Part shown: one piece after another, positions 38,535-52,829 of the stretch | How positions within the stretch are numbered: position 1 is the stretch's first letter | Layout of the letters: each line of letters begins with the position of its first letter | Source of the DNA: Octopus bimaculoides | Lineage: Eukaryota | Direction of reading: 5' to 3' | Length of the DNA stretch: 64,000 bases | Assembly: GCF_001194135.2 (NCBI RefSeq) | Contig: NC_068998.1 | Location: 34,560,061 to 34,624,060 of the forward strand | Program-made: the position numbers and the translations under genes | Notes under the pieces: model-generated | Database searches by the model: none | Seen by the model: only the letters and a program-made list of their open reading frames with translations | Told to the model about the DNA's origin: nothing

Positions 38535-38922
38535 CAGGTGTGGCTTTATGGTAAGAAGTTTGCTTCCCAACAACATGGTTCTAGGTTCTGTTCACTGTGT
38601 GACATTGTAAGTGTCTTTTATTATAAGCCTCAGCTTGAACAGAGCCTTGTGAGTGGATTTGATAGATAGATACTGAAAGAAACCCCTCGTTTGTGTGTGT
38701 GTGTGCACGCATGTTTGTATTTGTTTCCCTCTCACTACTTGACAACCAGTCTTGGTATGTTTATATTTTAGTATCTCTAAATTTTAGCTGTTTAGCTAAA
38801 AAAAGACCAATAGAATTAGTAACTGGTTTAAAAATAAGTACTGGGATCATCTATTTGACTAAAATCTTCAAGATGGTGGTACAGTATGGCTGCAGTCCAA
38901 TGACTGAAACAAGTAAAAGATA
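38535..38922 (+). mobile_element. SINE type A, full length
   Basis: Head, (TG)n and tail atggctgcagtccaatgactgaaacaagtaaaaga. Confidence 0.85.
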
Positions 38923-39650
38923 AACAATATGTATATTCATATTCTGCTCTTACTGCTACCTCTATGGCAGACTCCAGCTATTCTCACTACACTCCCACTC
39001 TCTGCCTTGCTTTCTCACATTGTCACTTCTCCAGAGCTTTTCTTCTTCCTCACTACCTCCTTTCATTCTTTCCCATCCTGTTCTCCCTCATGGCCCCAAC
39101 TCCACTTTTCCCTTCAATGAATTTCTCTAGATTTCTCCCCAATCTCATCTACCTATCATTGTCTTTCTACTTTTCTTCATACCTTCAGTCCATGTTTGAC
39201 CTTATAATCTAGGATAGATCTGGGAACCACTACACAACCTACCTTATTGCCTTTCAACTTTGTGCCCACATCTCACTAACCCTTGACACAAATCCCTTCT
39301 CTTCCCTCGATCTCTTCTATATTCCCACCCCTAATAGTATCTACTTTCCATCCCCAAACCCCTCACTTCTATAAATCTGTTCCTCAAATTATCCCTTACC
39401 CTTTATCATCAACCAGCTTAGACTTACCACACCCCGTCTCTTCTTCAGTTTTAGAGACAATTTAGAGCGGCAAGTTGCAAAGAGACTTTGCTAGTGCTAG
39501 TGCTATGAAAAAAAGCAACTAGTATGCTCTGGAATCTGGTTGGTGTTAGGGAGGGCATCAGAGATAGAAATAATGACTAAGAAGATACTGGAGTATGATG
39601 CAGTATGTGAGTTCATGTGTTGAAGAAAATGACTCTCCCCAGGCACAACA

Positions 39651-39762
<112 letters not shown>

Positions 39763-39869
39763 AAATTGAGAGAGTGGAACAAATAAAATCCAGCCTGTAT
39801 ATGTTTCCAAGCTAACAGATCCTGTGATGCAATAATTACCTAATGAGGGGTACTCAGTTATTTACTCAC

Positions 39870-39883
39870 CAGCCCGAAGATAC
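39870..39883 (-). CDS. Possible 14-nt micro-exon (G)IFGL
   Basis: ccttcttcatataatttag|gtatcttcgggctg|gtgagt. Too short to judge by coding content. Confidence 0.15.
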
Positions 39884-40779
39884 CTAAATTATATGAAGAA
39901 GGTTACATTGTCGTTAAGGAAGTGCAAGTTAATTCACCAAAAATGAAGTGATTTGAAATGAGTGGTGAAACCAGAAGAAAAGAATAAAAAACAAAATAAA
40001 AACCAAATGAAAAAAGTTTGAAGAAATAAAATGGTCAGTAAGTGAGGAAAGAGAAAGAAAAGGTCAAATATTTGGGAGTGGAGAATTGTATAAAGTGGTT
40101 ATGAATAAAGAAAAGAAAAGGGGGGGAGAAAGAAGTGGGTTTAGGGTAGAGAGAAGCTGACTTTAAGAGGAAAGGTCATTGTGAATATTAAGCTGAGGCC
40201 AAGTTACTATGTCAACAGTAAACAAATGCTTAGGCACACTTATGCATACACATTTATAAAGAATAATAGGATAAATGTTAGAAGAAATGGAATGGTCAAG
40301 AATAAGAAGAGGTCAAATATTTAGGAGTAGAAAGTTGTAGCCTTTAAGGGAAAACATACCAGGCACAGGTTAAGTTGGTCACTTACTACTTTACAGTACA
40401 TATATACACACATTCATGTATCCGTGCATACACTCACTGCATGCCTATAGTATCAACATAAGTATGCATGTATATGGAGGATGCGTGTGTGTGTTCATGC
40501 GTACATGCACACTGATTCCTGTATGTAAAGTGGAAGCTATAAAGAGATCACAAAGTTAAGGAAATATATACAAAAATAGCACAAAAAAGTACATGTCATA
40601 AATACATAGAAGAAATACAAGTGGAGGAGATGTAAGAGGATTAGCCAGGGAATTATCAGGGAAAGCACTATCAGTTGTAGCTTAAGTATGTATTGCATAA
40701 TTTGTGTGAGCAATTAATAATAAGGCCACTTCATTTATTAAGTCAGCTGCTGCATTGCATAATAGATAAGACTTCACAT

Positions 40780-42800
40780 TTATTGTTATAACTATTATAC
40801 AATTTCACATGGGTAACAATGGATCATTCTAAACTGTATACAACTAAGTTATGTTTTAAGTTATGAATGAGCCTAGACAGAGAAATGCTGTTAATTTTCT
40901 CTTGAGATTTAAAGCTAGAGTAGTAGTTACTAATTCTGCATGAGCCAATATATACATACTTGGAATCTTCTGTGGAGACCATACATTTATATATGGTGTT
41001 CTTATTGAGGCGTTTATTTCCTAAAGGACAGGAGGTGTAATATGTACAGGTGCATGCATTTCTATAAGGTGCTAAAGTGGAATTTGTGGGATTATGATTA
41101 TGTGAGGTTAATCTGGTGCTACAGGTAATATCAACCTCAGTGTTAGGATTGGTATTGTTTATGGTGGTGCAGGAGCCATCTGGGAGCTGTAGCTTAGAGT
41201 AGCTCTCATGTCTGGTGATATCGTTCCTGTTATTTCCTACGATGGTAGTCAGTATAGCCATATTGCTAGGTTGGTTAAGGGTATTGGGTGAAGTATTAAG
41301 ATTAGAGGTGGGGAGAGGATCAATGTTGGTAAGAAGGTTTAAGAATGTCCTAAGGCTATGGGCAGGGGACTGGGGTTGGAGTGTGTTGTATTAACATGGT
41401 TAAAGTTAACTAATTTCTGGTTATGTAGCTTTTTATTGTTATGTCACTGAATTATACTTGCAATGTAAGTTGTGGTGGAGTAAAAAAATTAAATAGATTG
41501 GGAGTTGAAGATCCTTCTAATGGTACTGGACTGAGGGAAATGCTTTTCAAGCAGAGCAAAGAAAAGCTTAGGTAGTCTGGTCTCAATATTAAGGGCAAGG
41601 GGTGGGGTGAAACCAGATAACCTCATGTGTCCTGTTTTATTCCATTCTAGGGGTCTGCTTGTGTATGGTTTATGGTAGGGGGTGCACGTTGGTATGGATT
41701 TTAATAGGCAGCAGTGGATTTGGGATCCAGAATCCCTGGGTAGAAGAATGCCTATTGGTTTTGCTACTAAGGTTAAATTTGAGGATTACAGGTAAGTTCA
41801 CCACCATCAATTCACTGTGAAGAAAGTTCACTATGAGGAAAGTTTACTGAGAAAATAAATCCACAGTATGTCATCATTAATAGTTAAAAATTATTTTATT
41901 GAAGGTAAAAAATGAACTAATGATGGTGAACTTTCTCTGCAGTTAATTGATGATGGAGAACTTACTGGACATGAAATTTGAGGGATTATGGGAGACACCT
42001 CAGGTTTTATCTAAGGAAACAGAGGTCTAAGAAATTTGTGGTTTTAAGATTGCAACAGAAAGTTACATTAAGGCGCACGTTCTTAAGGAAGTATTTAATT
42101 CTTTTACAAAGTTGTTGGACTTCCCAGTTATGAAAGTTCGGGACTGCTAAAACAGCATCATCCCTATACAGACCATTGGAAATATTCAGAAATTGGTCCC
42201 AGAGACAGTGGAGCAAGTAACACCTTACAAGGTTGGTTACTTGAGCCAAGTCACTTGCCCCATTGAAATGTCGAAGTAGTTGGGGGTGTGCTTACAGGCC
42301 TAAAGTTTTCTGTCAAATTTTATAACAGTTCGATAGGCAACCAGTATAATATTCATATCACCTGTAGTTAGGTCAGAATTTTAGTGCAAAGATGAGAGCT
42401 TTATGAAGTAGGATAGGGGATACACCAGAATAGTATTTGTCCTATATCAGCTTGAATGAATTTGTATTTATTTTTGGGAGTTAAGGACTTAAACCATTGG
42501 ATGGCTTCAATGGAGTTTTAATATTATCTTAGAACGAAGATGGAGTAGAATTCTATCTAAGATAATTTTGCTAATTTTACCTATATTGAAGCTGGAGGGG
42601 CAGATAAGGTCAACAGAAGGGTTCACAACAAAATTTTCTTTATGGTCCTTTAAGTTCAGATGGGATGGTCAAGGTTTGAAAGGTTCAGTTCTATCTTCTG
42701 AGCCAAGTTTAAAAACTAAATCTCAAGTCTTTAGGTGAATATACTTCAGGACAGAGTCTGGTACAATTTGGTTATCCTTTATGTGGTTGTTTAAGAATCA
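40780..42800 (-). mobile_element. Penelope-like element (RT plus GIY-YIG), decayed
   Basis: LKDHKENF, GKISKIILDRI, GLYRDD, TNFLDL, CTC..CPLGN and NTIYKCMV..YVYIGS motifs. Confidence 0.85.
41789..41970. mobile_element. Small MITE-like insertion inside the Penelope element
   Basis: About 45-bp imperfect inverted repeats; flanking direct repeat aaatttgag(g)gatta. Confidence 0.5.
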
Positions 42801-42805
42801 GATAT

Positions 42806-43170
42806 AGGCATGGTTGTGTGGTATTTTGTTTCCAAACCACATGGTTTCCACTGCATAACATCTTGGGTAAGTGTCTTCTACTATAGCCACAGGCCTACCA
42901 AAGCCTTGTGACTGGATTTAGTAAATGAAAACTGAAAGAAGCCCGTCATATATGAATGTGTGTGTGTGAGTGTGTGTTTGTGTGAGTGTGTGTTTGTGTG
43001 TGTGGGGGGGTCTGTGTTTATCCCTCACTACTTCTTGACAACTGGTGCTGGTGTCTTTAGCAGCTCAGCTAAAGAGGCTGACAGAATAAGTACCAGGTTT
43101 AAAAAATAAGTTCTTCAAGGCAGTGTTCCAGCATGGCCACTGTCTAATGACTGAAACAAGTAAAAGATAT
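42806..43170 (+). mobile_element. SINE type A
   Basis: Head, (TG)n and tail cagcatggccactgtctaatgactgaaacaagtaaaaga. Confidence 0.85.
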
Positions 43171-43979
43171 TCATAAGAATAAGCATACATTTAAACACTT
43201 GGCAAAAGTGTTTGTTCAAAATGAGTAAATGAATATGCATGAGATTTTTTGTTGCCTGTCAGCATTTTCTCTGAGATTTTTAGTGGTATGCTGTATTTAT
43301 GCATGAATATGTAATGGTCAGCAGTCCCATAGCAACATTCTTTTCTTTCATTTTCATTTCTTATAAATATGATTTTACTATTTTGACTAAGAATTTTCCA
43401 AAAATATCCAGTAATGTGATGTTATGTATCTATATTTTAATGATGCACAGTTATATATTTATATAACAGATACATCTGTAATTGAATATAACACTGATGC
43501 TAGGTAAAGTGTGACTTTCTATTTTCATAATTGGTCTTGCATTAAAAATTAAAGGATAGACAACTACATTTCATCAAAATTAACATATAAAACTGAAAGG
43601 CATGTTGAAGATATTAATAGTGGGCTGACATAGAGTGGCTTCCCTTAGTATGATTCATAATAGTTAATGACTGTTTTTTTCTTTTTACTCTGAAGGCTTG
43701 CATAAACTAGCGATGTATCACATCTTAGAATACAAGAGCAAAGATAACTGAAATCTTTTAGCTGCTTGCATTTAAAGAATAAACGTTTGTATCTAGAAGC
43801 ATAAACATAGACACACTGAGGATTATTCAAGAATTACATGAAGCAAACTTTCATCTTCTTTCTTATCTCAATGTTCACAGAAGGAAGTTGCATTAATATC
43901 ATTACACAGTGAGCTGATGGATGATGAAACTGACAGTAATAATGTGATCAACAGCTAATCCAGATTTTGCATATATATA

Positions 43980-44011
<32 letters not shown>

Positions 44012-44401
44012 GATAGATAGATAGATAGATATAGATATAGATATAATATGTCTGTGTATATGTACAGATATAATATATGTATATATATNNNNNNNNNNNN
44101 NNNNNNNNNNNNNNNNNNNNNNNNNNNNNNNNNNNNNNTGTGTATGTATATATATATACATGCATGCACATATGCATATGCACACACAGACATGCATACA
44201 ACATATAATTGATTATTGATTAGTCTATCATATTTTTTGTTAGATTCCTGTGGCTTCTGCAGTGATTAAAATCAGATCCTAATCATCCCTTATGTTTTCA
44301 AGCATGTTTTATTTGTTTTTATGTAACTGTTTTATTGTTATTGGGACTGTTTATTTTTTATATTTTCATTTGGTTGTTTCTATTAGTATTAATGCAATAA
44401 G

Positions 44402-44447
<46 letters not shown>

Positions 44448-44599
44448 ACATATGGGATTTGTATTTGAGGTTTGTGTATGGCTGGTGATTTTAATTGACA
44501 TTAACCTTACTTGCCCATATTCTTACTGTTCTTTGTGCACTTACTCTACTTATTTTTTCTTGTGAATGTGTGTGTGCATGCACGCATGTGTGCCTTCAA

Positions 44600-44960
44600 T
44601 ATTGGCTTCCATTATGTGTACTGCTTGTGTAAACTGGCAAATGTTGGATCTTTCAAATGTCTGGAAAAAATTTTGTTTATTTCAGTATTGTTTATTGATT
44701 CAGTGTATTTCTGCATTGCATGTTCATTGAGTTTGGATGTCATCATGTTTGTGCCAGTGTTTGCAAATCTTTTCATTTATATCATCGGCCATTTCTTGTA
44801 TTGGTGTTTTATACTGCTCTTTATTATACTTCATGTGTTACAGCACCTCCTTAGTTTTGCAGCTTATCTTTGCATTGGTTGTACACACACTACAATTGTT
44901 GTCAGTGTAGAGGTTTTCTTCACTGAGTATGACTTGCATAATGGTAATTTAGTGAATTTT
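44600..44960 (-). mobile_element. Possible decayed non-LTR (R4/Dong-like) ORF fragment
   Basis: Stop-interrupted frame ending INKQY*NKQNFFQTFE, loosely like the pre-RT region of R4 elements. Confidence 0.25.
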
Positions 44961-45029
44961 TTTATCCTAGATAGTTCCTATTTATAGAACAAGGAGTCGA
45001 ATTTATGAAACTGCAACTGATTGAACCTG

Positions 45030-45150
45030 GTGTGTGATTTTGGCATATGTGTGAACATCTTCAAAAAATGGATGTAGAGGGCTGGCATGGGGTTGCCAGT
45101 GATGGAGAGTACTGGCGGACCTGGTCGGCTCTACGCATGATGATGTCTCC
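45030..45150 (+). mobile_element. C-terminal end of another RTE-type ORF2
   Basis: LQKMDVEGWHGVASDGEYWR resembles the W...A.DR..WR end of RTE ORF2. Confidence 0.4.
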
Positions 45151-46385
45151 TGAGACCACTAACCTGGGACGACCCCAGACTCATCAAGCAAGAACATAAA
45201 GCAAGCAAGAAGCATATGTATATTTATGTATATTCAAGACTATTGAGTCTACATATAAATGAATAGCTATTGTGTATATACAGATATGGCAGCTAAGTGC
45301 ATGGGACTCCATATATACATTTGCATTAGGGTATTTAAATGCCATAATATACATGTCATTTCGCATTTTCTTTTTAAATGTATACATGTAGAGATGCATG
45401 TAATAATAAACTTCTGTATGAGTGTGTGGAGGGGGACAGAGATTACTCACAAAAATATTCCTCAGCATTCATATAAATGCATATATAAATACATAATTAT
45501 ACATACCCACACATACATGTATGCTCAAGAGTATATATGTATGTAATTATGTGAACAGAATCTATGTATATTTACACATATATGTGTATTTATGCATGAG
45601 TGTGTGTGTATGTGTATATGTATGTAAGTGTGTGTGTATGTATATGTATATGTATGTATAGATAATTTTTTCATACGTGTGTATAAATTTTTTTTCTAAG
45701 TACACAAACTGTCTAACCCCGATGAATAATAATTCATATTCTCTAATTCAATTTTACATTCCTATAAACTATATTAAATTTCAGTTCTGCAAACTCAACT
45801 ACAATAAGCTCATTGTTCTGATTGTATTCATGAAAGAGAGTCTACAGATATGACTTGATATTCATGACTACAATATTTACACTCTGGTAAAGCAGACCCT
45901 CAACAAATCTTCAAACTTCATTGTCAACAGTTTGTAAAAATATATTTTATACACTACATATAACTATTGAGAATGTCTTTACATTATATATGTATAATAT
46001 CCCTTTGTGTATGTATGTATGTGTTTGTGTGTGTGTGTGTATGTATGTGTGTGTGTGTACATATATACATACACGTATATATATGGGTACATGCACACAC
46101 ACAGACACACACACACACACACATATGTATGTGTATATGAATGAGCATAGATATATATACACATATGTGTATACATCTATGCTCACTCATATATACACAC
46201 ACACACACACACACACCACACACACACACACACATATATATATGAGAAAAATTAGATGAAAGTAGAGTAGACGAAAACTAAATGGACGGGAAATTAGACA
46301 ATGATACGATACACGGAATATTTGCAGTTGAGTTTTCCTCTTCAGTCAAAGACGCAAAATACATTAGCAGTTTCACACCAATTAC

Positions 46386-46432
46386 CTTTGATACTGCTTG
46401 ATTTTGCAGATGCCAGTGCTTTTATTAAGCTA
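46386..46432 (-). CDS. Candidate exon SLIKALASAKSSSIK
   Basis: Acceptor tatcttccccag| (tandem CAG/TAG), donor AAG|GTAATT, phase 2 to 1. Confidence 0.3.
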
Positions 46433-46690
46433 CTGGGGAAGATAGTAAATGTGTGCTAAAACAGAAACAAACAAGACATATAAATACAACAGACAACAAA
46501 TAATGCATGTATAACAGCACAAAGCCTTACGGCTATATACAAATGAAGAAAAAGTAATAATTATACATTACCACAAATATAACAGAAAGAACTTTGCAAC
46601 TGTCGAACGAACTGTGTAGGGTTGTGCAAAGAGGAAATAGATTAAGTCCCAGAGGACAGAATGGATGTAGCAGGTGGCATGAGCAGATCA

Positions 46691-46913
46691 GTCTTCTAGG
46701 CTGTAGTTTCCGCCTCAGAATTTCTGGAACCACCATTGACACTGGCTTACGTTTATTGTCAAATCCCCATATACTGCTTTAATATTCCTCACAATTTCCA
46801 TTGTGTTATTGCCTTTATTGAACTCATAAAGCAAAATATGCCAAATATGCTTCTTTGTCACTTCCATTATAGCTTTGAAAAAGTAACTGTTAAAATCGAA
46901 CTGCACTCTTCAA
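46691..46913 (-). mobile_element. Mariner M1 N-terminal fragment
   Basis: MEVTKKHIWHILLYEFNKGNN...CQWWFQKF helix-turn-helix region. Confidence 0.88.
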
Positions 46914-47370
46914 CTTATTTTTTTAAACCTGGTACTTCAGGGTTTTTCAGTTCAGTGTTTACATGCTGTTATTTATGGAATTTATGTACTTCAAAATTTA
47001 GATTTTCTCTGACACTCTGCTTGCATTCTATACTGTCTCATGCAAAAAAAATTGATGCTCAGCATGGAATAAATGTCTAATAATTATTTAATCATGCAAC
47101 CATGCATGAAAATTAATTTACCCATGACAACTAAGTTCTAGAATCGTGCTTGATTTAAATAGTATTTTGTTATATTTTCTCTTCATGGAAATACTTATCC
47201 TTTTGTAAGTGGTCACTGACCCATGAAACATATCAAGATAATTTCTTATTTTTCTGTGTTTGAAGAGAGTTACAAGAAAAAATAGTGAAAGACATAAAAC
47301 ATGTAGTTTAGTTGCATTAAGACTGTCACCAGTATTCTAATAAAAAAAATGTGCTGTACATATATATATA

Positions 47371-49173
47371 TTCGTTGACATGGAAAAAGCCTTTGACAGG
47401 GTCCCCTGATTCCTTATCTGGTGGTCAATGAGGAAATTAGGGATAGATGAATGGTTAGTGAGAGCTGTACAAGCCATGTACAGGGATGCTGTCAATAAGG
47501 TGAGGGCTGGCAATGAGTACACTGAAGAATTCCGGGTAGGAATAGAAGCCCACCAAGGATCAGTCCTCAGCCCCTTCTTATTCATCATAGTCCTCCAGGC
47601 AATAACAGAGGAATTCAAGACAGGATGCTCCTAGAAGCTTCTCTATGCTGATGACCTTGCGCTAATTGATGAGTTACTNNNNNNNNNNNNNNNNNNNNNN
47701 NNNNNNNNNNNNNNNNNNNNNNNNNNNNNNNNNNNNNNNNNNNNNNNNNNNNNNNNNNNNNNNNNNNNNNNNNNNNNNNNNNNNNNNNNNNNNNNNNNNN
47801 NNNNNNNNNNNNNNNNNNNNNNNNNNNNNNNNNNNNNNNNNNNNNNNNNNNNNNNNNNNNNNNNNNNNNNNNNNNNNNNNNNNNNNNNNNNNNNNNNNNN
47901 NNNNNNNNNNNNNNNNNNNNNNNNNNNNNNNNNNNNNNNNNNNNNNNNNNNNNNNNNNNNNNNNAAGATAGTTTTTGTGTGTGGCAAATGCTCAGGAGCA
48001 ATAAACACTGAAAACGTGCAGAGAACAGCTTCTGTTACATTCCAGGGGGGAAAAACTAGAAGTAGTTGATAGCTTCCATTACCTAGGTGACCAAGTCAGT
48101 TGCGGGGGTGGATGCTCTGAAAGTGTAGCTGCTAGAATAAGAATAGCCTGGGCAAAGTTCAGAGAGCTCTTTCCGCTGCTGGTGACAAAGGGCCTCTCAC
48201 TCAGAGTAAAAGGTAGACTGTATGATGCATGTGTGTGAACAGCTATGCTACATGGCAGTGAAACATGGGCCATGACTGCTGAGGACATGCATAAACTTGC
48301 AAGGAATGAAGTCAGTATGCTTCGCTGGATGTGTAATGTCAGTGTGCTTACATGACAAAGTGTAAGCGCCCTGAGAGAAAAGTTGGACTTTAGAAGCATC
48401 AGATGTTGTGTACAAGAGAGACAATTGTGCTGGTATAGTCGTGTGTTGTGAATTGATGAGGACAGCTGTGTGAAAATGTGTCATACCCTAGCAGATGAGG
48501 GAGCTTGTGGAAGAGGTAGACCCAGAAAGACCTGGGATGAGGTGGAGAAGCAAGACCTTCGAACATTGGGCCTCGCTGAGGCAATGACAAGTGACTGAGA
48601 CCTTTGGAGATATGCTGTGCTTGAGAAGACTTGGCAAGCCATGTGAGACCATAACCATGACCTATACCAGTGCTGTATAACCAGCCCATTTAAGAGTACC
48701 CTTCAATCAGTGGACAATAAACTATGCTTGCGAAGACCTGTTGAGGCAAGTAAAATCACTGTCATGGCCGATGACAGAACCGCCTGATTGGCACCCATGC
48801 CAGTAGAATGTTAAAAGCACCATTCGAGCAAGATCGTTCCCAGGGCCACTGACTGGCTCCCATGTCGGTGGCATGTAAAAAAAAAGCACTATTCGAGCAT
48901 GGTCATTGCCAGTGCCACTGGCTCCTGTGCAGGTGGCTCATAAAAGCACCATTTGAGCGTGGCCAAAGCCAGTACCACCTAATTGGCCCTCGTGCTGGTG
49001 GCATGTAAAAGCACTCACTACACTCTCAGAATCATTGGCAATAGGAAGGGCATCCAGCTGTAGAAATTTTGCCAGATCAGATTGGAGACTGATGCAGTCT
49101 TCTGGCTCGCCAGCCCTCAGTCAAACTGTCCAACCCATGCCAGCATGGAAAGTGGATCTTAAACGATGATGAT
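47371..49173 (+). mobile_element. RTE LINE, 5'-truncated, with RT domain, 3' UTR and (GAT)n tail
   Basis: FVDMEKAFDRVP, QGSVLSP, LLYADD, FHYLGD, GRGRPRKTW; several stops; N-gap at 47679-47964. Confidence 0.93.
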
Positions 49174-49379
49174 AATTAAGACTCAGTTGAATTAAGTACT
49201 TAAATTGAGGCACCAAGCCAGTTCAGTATAGTATGCACAGCTCGAAGTTAAGTGAATAAAAAGCAAATAAGTAACAAGGATGTCCGGGTATATTTCTAGA
49301 CAATAGAGGGTATATTATGAATGATATGACACCCCAGATAATTTCTGCCACAAAATCATAGTATGATATGTATATTATT

Positions 49380-49820
49380 ATCTGCTTCTAAAAGGTACAG
49401 GTAATCCTAAGTACACAAGATGCTCTAAGGTCTAATTTACTATTAATTGGGTTTATCTCTATATTTAAAAATTTCGTAAATTTCCCTACAATATAGTTCA
49501 CATCCATATCAGCTATCTTTGTATGGTTGAGCTCTACGGACTATATCCCATTTTAGGCTAAATTCACTATTGCTATCCTTAAGTTACCAAATTTTCATAG
49601 ATAATGAGGTATTGTTGGCTTTATGTCTAAGTTAAAAGATGAGAAATGGTTGTTTAGTCGCTTCTTCATATCTACAGAGCACCCAATGTAAATGAAGTTA
49701 TTTGTTTCCATCATTATTGTACATTTGTATATGACATTTTGAGCTAAACACTGACCTAATAACAAGCATTTAGATCCTACCCTACAATTACAGCTACGGA
49801 TATTATTGCTATTATTATCA

Positions 49821-49870
<50 letters not shown>

Positions 49871-49872
49871 GT

Positions 49873-49912
<40 letters not shown>

Positions 49913-51290
49913 TCTGTCATTTATAGTACTATCATTAGAGGTATCACTCACATTCGTTGTAGTTTTAATAAGTGTTACACCAATAATACTCAAATTATTA
50001 TATCTACCATTATCACTATTTACATTAGTTCCTTTATTTTGGATTCCTGCATATCTACTATTTATTATCATCATTGTTGGGGGTTAAAACACTATTAATA
50101 TTATTAGTATTATCAATCTCGCTGGCTAAGTTTATATTTCTCTTGTTAAATTGGGTTATAATTGTACCTATATTAGGAAGGGTGGAATATGAAATTCTGA
50201 TTGTCTTACAGGAGAAGAATTTGTTATACTTATGTGCAGCTGGGAAGTTTTTTCCAAAATTGTCATAAATTTATTATAAATAACGATAATCATGATGACG
50301 TTGAGGATGATGATGATTAGTGGAGATTACAAAATTGAAGGGAATGTTGTATCAGACTACGATATTATTCCTAGAATTCCTATGTTTATGAAAGCTGATT
50401 TTATCAGTACTTCTACTACTTCCCGAATCTCCATTTGATTATTAATTATGGTCTCATTATCGGTATTTATGTTACCATTCATCTCAATCACATCCTTACT
50501 ATTATTATACATGTTAGACATTTTACTGTCTTTAGATTCTATTTCATTATTGGGATACATATTATTCTTTGTTTTAATAGGAACAATACAGACAATTCTA
50601 GCAGGTATATCTGCTTGACTAGATGAGCTATTGTTCTTCTTTTCCCTTCTATTTTCTTTACTGTGTCTAGGTGGTATTTGTCTTTCCAAATTAAGGAAAG
50701 CAATCTTCCAATTGTATCCTGCTTTAGATAGAGAAGAGTTATAGTAGTGGGAATATGAGTTAAATATATCCCTATTAGTTGATAATTTGCTCAAAATTCT
50801 TTTTACTACTGATTTTAATACATTAGCGGGATGATTAGAAGATTTGTACACATACCTAGTAACTTCATCTGCCTTTCTATAGGGGTAATATAAACTAGAG
50901 TTTATATATAGTGTAGTGTCTAAGAAGTTAGCTACTTTCATGTCATAATCGAAAGTGAGTCCTAGGTTAAAGCTTTTGAAGAATTTTCTGATTTTTTCCC
51001 ACATTCTTTCTAAAGAATCAGCCCTATAAAGACCACCCTGCAGTTCAGGAATTTACACTGCTAAGATACTTTAAGAGATATGCACCAACCAAATCAGTAA
51101 GCTGGATCGAGTCGCTTGAACGCATAGCAACATCAAAATTATTAGGTGTCATACCTCATCCATAACCTACCCTCAAATTCTATGATAGTTTTCCTACCTA
51201 AGAGACTAATATCTATTTTGTCCCTGGTTATAAGAGAGACGCTTTTAGCAAAAATCAGGGACTTATTCAAGAGAATAGGAGAGACGCTAG
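49380..51290 (-). mobile_element. Penelope-like element, second lineage
   Basis: GLYRAD, ANFLDTTL, YVYKSSNHP, CNC..C..GQCL and VIYKC..FIYIGCS motifs; in-frame (ACT)n/(AAT)n in the linker. Confidence 0.88.
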
Positions 51291-52259
51291 AATAATAACT
51301 GCTGATAATAACTGTTTTTAATATATTAAATTGGTTAAGTTATGATACACCTCGTAACCCGAGGTCGTAATTCTCACCCTTAAAACATATTTTTATCTCT
51401 TTTGTTTTCCACTTTATTCCTTTTTTATTTGACAATCTAAATATGAACTAGCCAGCCCTGTCCTTCCTCCTTCTAGTTATCACCTCTTCCTCAGCAGCCA
51501 TTCTCTTACTAGCAGCTCTGAGACATATCTTTTTATGTAGATAAAGCTAGATGTATGGTCCCAGTAAAATAAAGGTTGGGGAGAGTAGTATCTGACATTA
51601 ATTAATTTATCACCATCAACTGGAACTTAAGTGTCAACTCCCAATGGATTTAACTCTAAAGGGCTGTAGACTATATGCTGCATAAAATGTTATAAATAAA
51701 ATGAAGATAAATGTAAATCAACTATCTCACCATTCCTTTTTCTTGACCCCACTATTTTCCTCTGCTACTCTCTAAATTATAGCAGGCTTTATACATTTTT
51801 TCCTAAATTCATTCGGCCACAAACATAGCAAAAGGAAACAATATGATTATTTTGGCTTCTAGTACTAATGTAAATTGTACTAAAAAAATGGTTTATCCTT
51901 TATATTGNNNNNNNNNNNNNNNNNNNNNNNNNNNNNNNNNNNNNNNNNNNNNNNNNNNNNNNNNNNNNNNNNNNNNNNNNNNNNNNNNNNNNNNNNNTAT
52001 ATATAAATGAGAAATGCATATACATGCCATAGATATACAGTCGTACAAATAGGTGCATATACATGCATATTTGCTGCAGAATTATCTGAGTAAATATCCA
52101 CATCGTTGAAATGGGTGATCAAGTTTTTCTTCATATGTGTGAAATGCATGCATATGCTCGTACTTGTCATTTTCAGTGCCCTCATTATGATTATATTTTA
52201 TAATTATACTCAAATATGTGTATATATATATATATTTGTGTACGTGTGTATACTTATGT

Positions 52260-52306
<47 letters not shown>

Positions 52307-52396
52307 GGAGAAATTATACAAAATGTATAAGTGGATGATGAGTAAANNNNNNNNNNAAGTGGATGATGAGTAAAGCACCAGCACAGTTTCGATTAC

Positions 52397-52422
52397 CTGT
52401 TGCTATCCATAGATTGCAGGAA
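52397..52422 (-). CDS. Weak candidate exon FLQSMDSN
   Basis: Donor CAG|GTAATC; the acceptor atgaag| is weak. Confidence 0.18.
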
Positions 52423-52787
52423 CTTCATAGTGGTGGTTGAGGAAACAGTATTAATAAAATTAATGGCAAAAAAGATTTCATTTAGTACAACACATGTTTT
52501 GACCCATTCTGGGTCTCCTTGAGTACATAAATAAATAAAAAAAATAAAAAGATTCGGTTTTACATATCACTAAATGTCTGTCAACTTTGGGAATGAGTAA
52601 AAAACAGAGAAAAGCTGAAATGCAAAAAATTTAAATATGAACAAGAAAATTCTAGTTTAGAGAAAATGACATAATGAGCCATCACTGTTGTAACTGTTGA
52701 GAAAGAAAAGGAAGTAGAAACGAAGATAACACTTTCACGAAAAAGTTTTTGTATTCGTGCTCATATGCACATATACATACACAGATA

Positions 52788-52822
<35 letters not shown>

Positions 52823-52829
52823 GTACATT

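Noticed and set aside
44511-44987. 158-aa hydrophobic plus-strand ORF
   Set aside because: T-rich shadow of an A-rich minus-strand relic; no motif and no splice support.
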